From the human T2T-CHM13v2.0 reference genome, Homo sapiens: a DNA stretch of 64,000 nt. The stretch lies in NCBI RefSeq assembly GCF_009914755.1, contig NC_060931.1. One strand, written 5' to 3'. Shown piece by piece: positions 53,285 to 64,000 of the stretch. A program made the translations under genes and the position numbers. Numbering within the stretch: position 1 is the first letter of the stretch; every line of letters starts with the position of its first letter. The notes beneath the pieces are model-generated. The model ran no database searches and was not told the DNA's origin. It saw only the letters and a list, made by a program, of their open reading frames with translations.

Positions 53285-53503
53285 AGTTTTATTTTATTTT
53301 CTAGAGACAGGGTCTCATTTTGTCACCCAGGCTGGAGTACAGTGGTACCATTGCATCTCACTGTGTCCTCAAACACCTGGGCTCAAGTGACCTTCTCACC
53401 TCAGTCTCCCTAGTAGCTGGGACTTCAGGTGAGCATCACCATGCCCTGCTAACTGATTTTTTTTCTTTTTTTGTAGAGATGGGGTCTCACTATGTTGCCC
53501 AGG
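53285..53503 (-). mobile_element. AluJ, partial
   Basis: Right arm plus the start of the left arm. Confidence 0.85.
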
Positions 53504-54897
53504 GTTACTGCCATACTTGTGGATTGCCAGGTTAACTCTGCAAGGTAAGAAGGAATTCCTTTGGACGATGTAGGAGTCTTTTTAAAACGCGTATCAGTCA
53601 AAGTACAGTATAGTAGAAACCAAAACCACTCTTTTTTTGAGCAGAAAAAATTTAGTAGATGGAGTTAGATATAAACTCAATGTCTAACCTGGAGAAGAAG
53701 TTAGGGAGCTGCTTCCTGAATTTTGGCTCTGAGGCTACACAACTGTATTTGCAATCCAAATGTCAGAAAGCTGATGCTGTTAATGTTTTTGTGGCTGCCC
53801 AAACCATAACCACCTAACAGCCACAACACTCATATCTAGACACTGGAACAAGTCAGCTAGTCATTCCATATTGGAACTCATGCCTATTGGAGTTTGTTTG
53901 TCCACATCTACACCTGCAGAAAGTTTGCTATTACCTCCCTCCTATTTTCTAAATATCACAGGATCCCTTGTGTGTTGCCTCACCAGCTGGAAACCTCTAT
54001 GGGCAGCGGCGATGCAACTCTGCTTGAGTTTTGTTCATGCCTGCTGGGCTCATTCTGCCCATTCAGCCTGTCAGGCTGCACTCAGCTCATGCTACTGGCT
54101 CAGATCCCATGCCCACTGAGGATGAGCCAAGCAGAGTGGTGAGAGGCATGTGAGTGAGTGAGTGTGGGGTCTGGCCACTGCGCATAGCCAGGCGCACCAA
54201 CTGCTGCATGTGGGGTGGGCAGTTCCAGGTGCCAGCATAGGCACCGGCTCTCTGCGAGGCTGTAGCTGGACCAGGCGTACTGCAAGTGGTTTATGCTGTG
54301 GGTACCGGCATCTGGATGAGGGGAACACGATGGTGCCCCAAAACTTGGAGATGCCAGCAATGGCAGAGCCCCAAGAGTTGGGGAGGGGATATTACAGATC
54401 TCTTGTTCCTGCCATCCATGGCACAGCGAGCCAGCCAGGAAAGTGGTGTTTCAGCCATTCAGTGAGTCCTGAGTTCTTGTCCCACATCCAGGAAGAATGA
54501 GGTTATGTGGACAACTGGAGGGTGAGCAAGGCAGAGAAGAGCTTTATTTATTTTTTTTAATTTTTATTTTTTAATATACATAGAAAGTTTATCTGGGCCA
54601 AGCTTGCAGATTGCAATGCAGGAGCACAGATTCAAGTTGCCCTGAATATACTCCAACAAGCAGTAGTTACAAGTGGATTTTAAAAAAATTATTATTATAC
54701 TTAAAGTTCTAGGGTACATGTACACAACGTGCAGGTTTGTTACATAGGTATACATGTGCCATGTTGGTTTGCTGCACCCATCAACTCGTCATTTACATTA
54801 GGTATTTCTCCCAACACTATCCCTTCCCCAGCACCCCACCCCCCTACAGGCCTCAGTGTGAGATGTTCCCCATCCTGTGTCCATGTGTTCTCCTTGT

Positions 54898-58706
<3,809 letters not shown>

Positions 58707-58769
58707 TATGATGCTAGCTGGTTATTTCACCTGTTAGTTGATGCAGTTTCTTCATACTGTCGATGGTGT

Positions 58770-59783
58770 TTACCATTTGGCATGTTTTTGCAGTGGCTTG
58801 TATCAGTTATTCCTTTCCATGTTTAGTGCTTCCTTCAGGAGCTCTGGTAATGCAGGCCTGGTGGTGACAAAATCTCTCAGCATTTGCTTCTCTGTAAATA
58901 ATTTTATTTCTCCTTCACTTATGAAGCTTAGTTTGGCTGGATATGAAATTCTGGGTTGAAAATTCTTTTCTTTAAGAATGTTGACTATTGGCCCCCACTA
59001 TCTTCTGGCTTGTAGTGTTTCTGTTGAGAGATCCACTCTTGGTCTGATGGGCTTCCCTTTGTGGGTAACCAGACCTTTCTCTCTGGCTGCCCTTAACATT
59101 TTTTTCCTTTATTTCAACCTTGGTGAATCTGACAATTATGTGTCTTGGGGTTGCTCTTCTCAAGGAGTATCTTTGTGGTGTTCTCTGTATTTCCTGAATT
59201 TGAATGTTGGCCTGTCTTGCTAGGTTGGGGAAGATCTCCTGAATAAAATTCTGAAGAGTGTTTTCTAACTTGGTTCCATTCTCCCCATCACTCTCAAATA
59301 CACCAATCAAACATAGATTTGGTCTTTTCACATAGTTCTTGGAGGCTTTGTTCATTTCTTTTCACTCTTTTTTCTCTAATCTTGTCTTCTCTATTTTAAC
59401 CATTTGATCTACAATCGCTGATATCCTTCCTTCTGCTTGATCGAATTGGTTATTGAAGCTTGTGTATGCTTCACGCAGTTCTTGTGCTGTGGTTTTCAGC
59501 TCCATTAGGTCATTTAAGCTCTTCTCTACACTGGTTATTCTAGTTAGCCATTCATCTAACCTTTTTTCTAGGTTTCTACCTTCTTTGCGATGGGTTAGAA
59601 CATGCTCCTTTAGCTCGGAGAAGTTTGTTATTACCGACCTTCTGAAGCCTTTTTCTGTCAACTCTCAAACTCATTCTCCATCCAGTTTTATACCCTTGCT
59701 GGAGAGGAGCTGTGTTCCTTTGGAGGAGAAGAGGTGTTCTGGCTTTTGGAATTTTCAGCCTTTTTGCTGTGGTTTCTCCTCAT
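58770..59783 (-). pseudogene. L1 ORF1p, disrupted
   Basis: Fragments LEKRLDEWLTRITSVEK and YVKRPNL...RHIIVRF in the ORF track; ATG at 59783. Confidence 0.9.
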
Positions 59784-61869
59784 CTTAGTGGTTTTATCTT
59801 CCTTTGTCTTTGATGTTGGTGACCTACGGATGTGGTTTTGGTGTGGATGTCCTTTTTGTTGATGTTGATGCTATTCCTTTCTGTTCTTATTTTACCTTCT
59901 AACAGACAGGCCCCTCAGCTGCAGGTCTGCTGGAGTTTGCTGGAGGTCCTCTCCAGACCTTGTTTGCCTGGGTATCACCAGCGGAGGCTGCAGAACAGCA
60001 AATATTGCTGACTGATCTTTCCTCTAGAAGCTTTGTCCCAGAGGGGCACCCACCTGTATGAGGTGTCTATCGGCCCCTACTGGGAGATGTCTCCCAGTCA
60101 GGCTACTGGGGGGTCAGGGACCCACTTGAGGAGGCCGTCTGTCTGTTAATGGATCTCTAACACCATGCTGGGGGAACCACTGCTCTCTTCAGAGCTGTCA
60201 GGCAGGATGTTTAAGTCTGTAGAAGTTGTCTGCTGCTGCCTTTTGTTCAGATATGCCCTGCCCTAAGAGGTGGAATCTAGAGAGGTAGTAGGCATTGTTG
60301 AGCTGTGGTGGGCTCTGCCTAGTTCGAGCCTCCCTGCCTCTTTGTTTACACTGTGAGCATAGAACTGCCTACTCAAGTCTCAGCAATGGTGGACTCCCTT
60401 CCCCCCACCATGCTCCAGCGTCCCAGGTTGATCTCAGACTGCTGCACTAGCAACGAGCAAGGCTCTGTGTGTGTTGGCCTTGCCGAGCCAGGCACGGGAG
60501 GGAATCCCCTGGTCTGCCTGCTGTGAAGACTGTGGGAAAAGTGCAGTATTTGGGCAGGAGTGTACAGTTCCTCCAGGTACAGTCATTCACAGCTTCCCTT
60601 GTTTAGAAAAGGGAAATCCTCTGACCCCTTGAGCTTTCTGGGTGAGGTGACACCCCACCCTGCTTTGGCTTGTCCTCCATGGGCTGCACCCACTGTCCAA
60701 CCAGTTCCAGTGGGATGAACCAGGTACCTCAGTTGGAAATGCAGAAATCACCCATCTTCTGCATCGATCTTGCAGGGAGCTGTAGACCGGAGCTGTTTCT
60801 ATTGGGCCATCTTGGAAGTGCCCCCCAAGGAGCTTTATTGAGAGACAGAACAGCTCTCAGTGAAGAGGAGACCCAAAATACCTAGCTCCCATCCTCAGGC
60901 AGGTAGTCCTGAAATGTGTCTGAGTCTGGCTGAGTCTGAGGTTTTTATGGGCTCAGAATGTAGAAAGTGCATGCTGATTGGTCTATGGGTGGGCCCAGAA
61001 AAAGCACCATCTGATTGGCCGAAAGGCATCAAAGAACTTCTCACTCCTGGTCATGGACTCTACCCAGAACAGGTAGCCTGGCCCACAGGCTTCAGGCCAT
61101 CCCTGGCTTGAAGGTTGGTCCTCACTGGGGACCTACCCTTTCCCGCGTAGGAACCTGTCTGCCTCCCACCACCATCAAAACCTTGAAAGCCCATCTAATT
61201 GGTGGAATCTAAATCATATCTATAATCCTAGTTTTAAGTGAGTCTGAGAAACGTAGTTTTTATTCTAACATGATCTGTAATACAGAGGAAGAGGTGAGAA
61301 TGAAAGTCACCTGCTAGTGGACAATATCTAGCCCAATTTTATGCTTTGTCTACTCAGCAACCAGATACACCCTTCTATCCGTAAACCTCCCCACAATCAC
61401 AATAGCAATAAAACCACTACCACCAAACATAAGGTAACTCTTCCTAATATAGATGAAAACACTGTCTCCTTCAGGGTCAGAATTTGTCCTTGCCCCTTCG
61501 AACATACTGGGATCTGATTCCATTTATAGGGATGCAGTGAGAGAGATGGGCATGAGGAGAATCAGCATCCCTTTGCAAAGTAATGAACTCAGTTGAGTCC
61601 ATTCATTACAGTGTCTTCAACAAGGCAGGTAGCTTCACCAAGAAAGAAGGGTCTAATTCTACTAAGAAAATGATGCTCTGAGATTTTGAGGCTTGGTTTT
61701 CAATTCTCAAGGTACCATTCTATCCCAATAAATATCCTAAATTCTTACAAAGTTGCCTAAAACCTGCAACTTGTGTATTCAGATTTATCAATTGTTAATG
61801 ATATCAGTCCTATGATGACATGGGATGAAATTAATTTAGAGTAGTAGTTTTCATTGGAGGGCTGAGTGA

Positions 61870-62080
61870 TGGTGGTGCCACTGTTGTTGGTAGTGATTTG
61901 GCTCCCCAGTGGATATTTGGCAATGTATGTCCATTTTGAGTTGTCACAATTTGGGTTAGGGAGAGCTGTTAGTGGCATCTAGTGGATAGAGTCCAGAGGT
62001 ACTGAGATATCCTACAATGCATAGGACAGCCTTCCTCAGCCTTTTGCCACAGGGCCAAAGAATTATCTGGCCCATCAATA
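61870..62080. mobile_element. MER20-like hAT element
   Basis: 'atatttggcaatg...ttgtcacaatttggg...tggcatctagtggatagag...cctacaatgcataggacagcc'. Confidence 0.75.
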
Positions 62081-62150
62081 AGGACAAAGATAAGAAATCA
62101 CAGAAGCTCTCTGTGTGTTGGAACAAGTTTTGAGTCAAGCAGTTAACGTC

Positions 62151-62290
62151 AGCTGGATGTAGTCACTCACACCTGTACCCCCAGCACTTTGAGAGGCTGA
62201 GGCAGGAGGATCAGTTGAGCTCAGGAGTTCAAGCCCAGCCTTGGCAACGTAGCGAGGTCCCATGTCACATTTAGAAATTTTTTTAAAAAG
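62151..62290 (+). mobile_element. FLAM monomer
   Basis: 'ggaggatcagttgagctcaggagttcaagcccagcc'. Confidence 0.8.
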
Positions 62291-64000
62291 TTAAAACCCT
62301 GGGCTTGTCATCATTGTTCTCTAATTTTTCAAAGGCTGTCAGAACTGCCACCTCAGCCCACCCCAGTCCATTTATTGCTTATTTGCATTTTAGTGTTCTA
62401 TCATAACAAACAATTGCTAACAGATCTTGTGTTCAACAGGCACCTTATTTCAGTTGATGACATATGATAATTTAAGTAAATGTATTACCACTGCATGTCT
62501 TGGACTACCAATATCTTATTTTCCACTGGTAATCAAGATATCATTGCCTTTAAATCCAAACTGGGTCAAATAATAAATATCAAATTCCCAGTGTTGAAGT
62601 TTTATTTCTTTATTTTTTGAACATCTTTATATACCAACTATTGTATCAGACAAAATTAGTATAGCAAATAGAAAACACTACATATATTTCATGTAGAAAA
62701 ATATTTTGGTATGTATAAAATCATTTAAAAGACTGAAGGAGTGAAAGTCAGAGATTCAAGGAAATTTTCAGTTTCAAGATCATATAACTGTAGCTATGAT
62801 CTGGAGGTCAGAAAACTAGTGCAGCTGTTGCTGCTAACCCTCTCCACAACTGCTCCTCCATCTTGCCCTTATACCTTTGAATTAAGCTAGTGAATATGGA
62901 TTCTATTCTTATAGATGATTGAGCTTCTTTTCTGCTGTTACAGCTACACGAACATGGCCTCTGCCTCCCTTACATTTTCTACATATCAAGATGCCCATGG
63001 GATACCTAATACATCTGAGTTAAGTAATTGTTTAAAGTTTTTAAAAATTTGGTTTCTCCAATGTTGTTAGTTTTATTTAAATATTTAATGATTCTTGGTT
63101 GTCTATATATATTTGTGTTCATAGTATATAATACGTAGTGTTGATGGCCAGAATTGATGTACTTTGTCCAAATAAGAAGCCCTGTTCACCTGGCAGAGAA
63201 TAAATGCAAGTTTTCATTATAGGTATACTGGTTCTGATGGTTGTGTGTTTGTTTGTAGGGTTGAGGAAGTTGGTGGTATAGGGAGGTTACATGTGAGTAG
63301 GCTCTTCTTTATGATTTATGAGTAGTTTCTATGCTGGATCTTCCTATTTCAGCTATTAAGACAACTGAAAGTCAGTGAGGTTACTATCAGTCTCCTTCCT
63401 ATAAACCTGTTTTCCATTCTGGTAATCTCTGAAGTTAGACTTCCCCCTTAGTAGAGCTGTATTTGAAGTTTTATTCAGGAGAGAAATGCTATTTTCAGCT
63501 CCTCTGACAACAGAATTACTATGTGGCTCTTTTCCTTCTAATGAATTATCCAGTCTATTGTCCAAGTCTCAGCCCTTCTCACAACCCTCATTGTCTCTTA
63601 CCTAAGCGTTATGCAGAGAATGTATTGGAAAAACTCACTTTAGTGATTCTTCTCTTTGATGATTCATCACCTGGATGAATTTATTAGCTCCTTAGTCTGT
63701 TGGATTTTGTTGGCAATGTGGACCTACTTCCAGAACTGTCAAAATTCCTCCATAGCCCTCAAAAGTCTGCTGGTGACATTACTCTCAGGTTTATAGCAAT
63801 GCTATGATTTTATGGATTTATTTCTATTTGTATATTTCTTCTGTGATTTCTGTGTATTTTGGGGAGGGTAGTGAGGTAATTCACAAGTTCAATTAGTTTA
63901 ATTAGTTGTGAACCAGCACTATTATCCTTAGATTTACAGCAAACTAATTTTACTTTCTTGGTTTCTTAAAAAATTAATCAGGATCTGCAGTTTCTCTCTC

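Noticed and set aside
53871-54500. Cluster of overlapping ORFs on both strands
   Set aside because: GC-rich MER52/LTR1-type LTR sequence with few stop codons
61200-64000. Search for the PHF14 promoter or first exon at the right end
   Set aside because: No CpG island or coding exon seen; only old LTR/L1/MER-like fragments

Overview
Primate (most likely human) genomic DNA, AT-rich and dominated by interspersed repeats. It contains one protein-coding gene, NDUFA4 (COXFA4, a cytochrome c oxidase subunit), on the minus strand. The four coding exons are join(34606-34647, 33398-33486, 32680-32737, 28228-28284), giving 81 aa; all introns are GT-AG, and the ORF track misses the gene because it is spliced. 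NDUFA4 has a CpG-island promoter and proximal and distal AATAAA signals. From recall this is human 7p21.3, with PHF14 starting a few kb past the right edge (not visible here). The rest is about 30 Alus, a full-length dead L1PA, L1/L2/MIR fragments, MaLR, ERVL and ERV1 LTR elements, an HERV-I (HERVIP10/LTR10F) env remnant and a rare SVA2. I see no evidence of a wholly new multi-gene system. The best leads are in the NDUFA4 RNA: three back-to-back small ORFs tiling the short 3'UTR over an extended miR-147b/miR-210 site and a perfect hairpin, a candidate 46-nt cassette exon, and a candidate 97-nt 5'UTR intron. There are also several unusual retrotransposition products. Repeat subfamily names come from memory of consensus sequences, and repeat boundaries are approximate unless a TSD is quoted.
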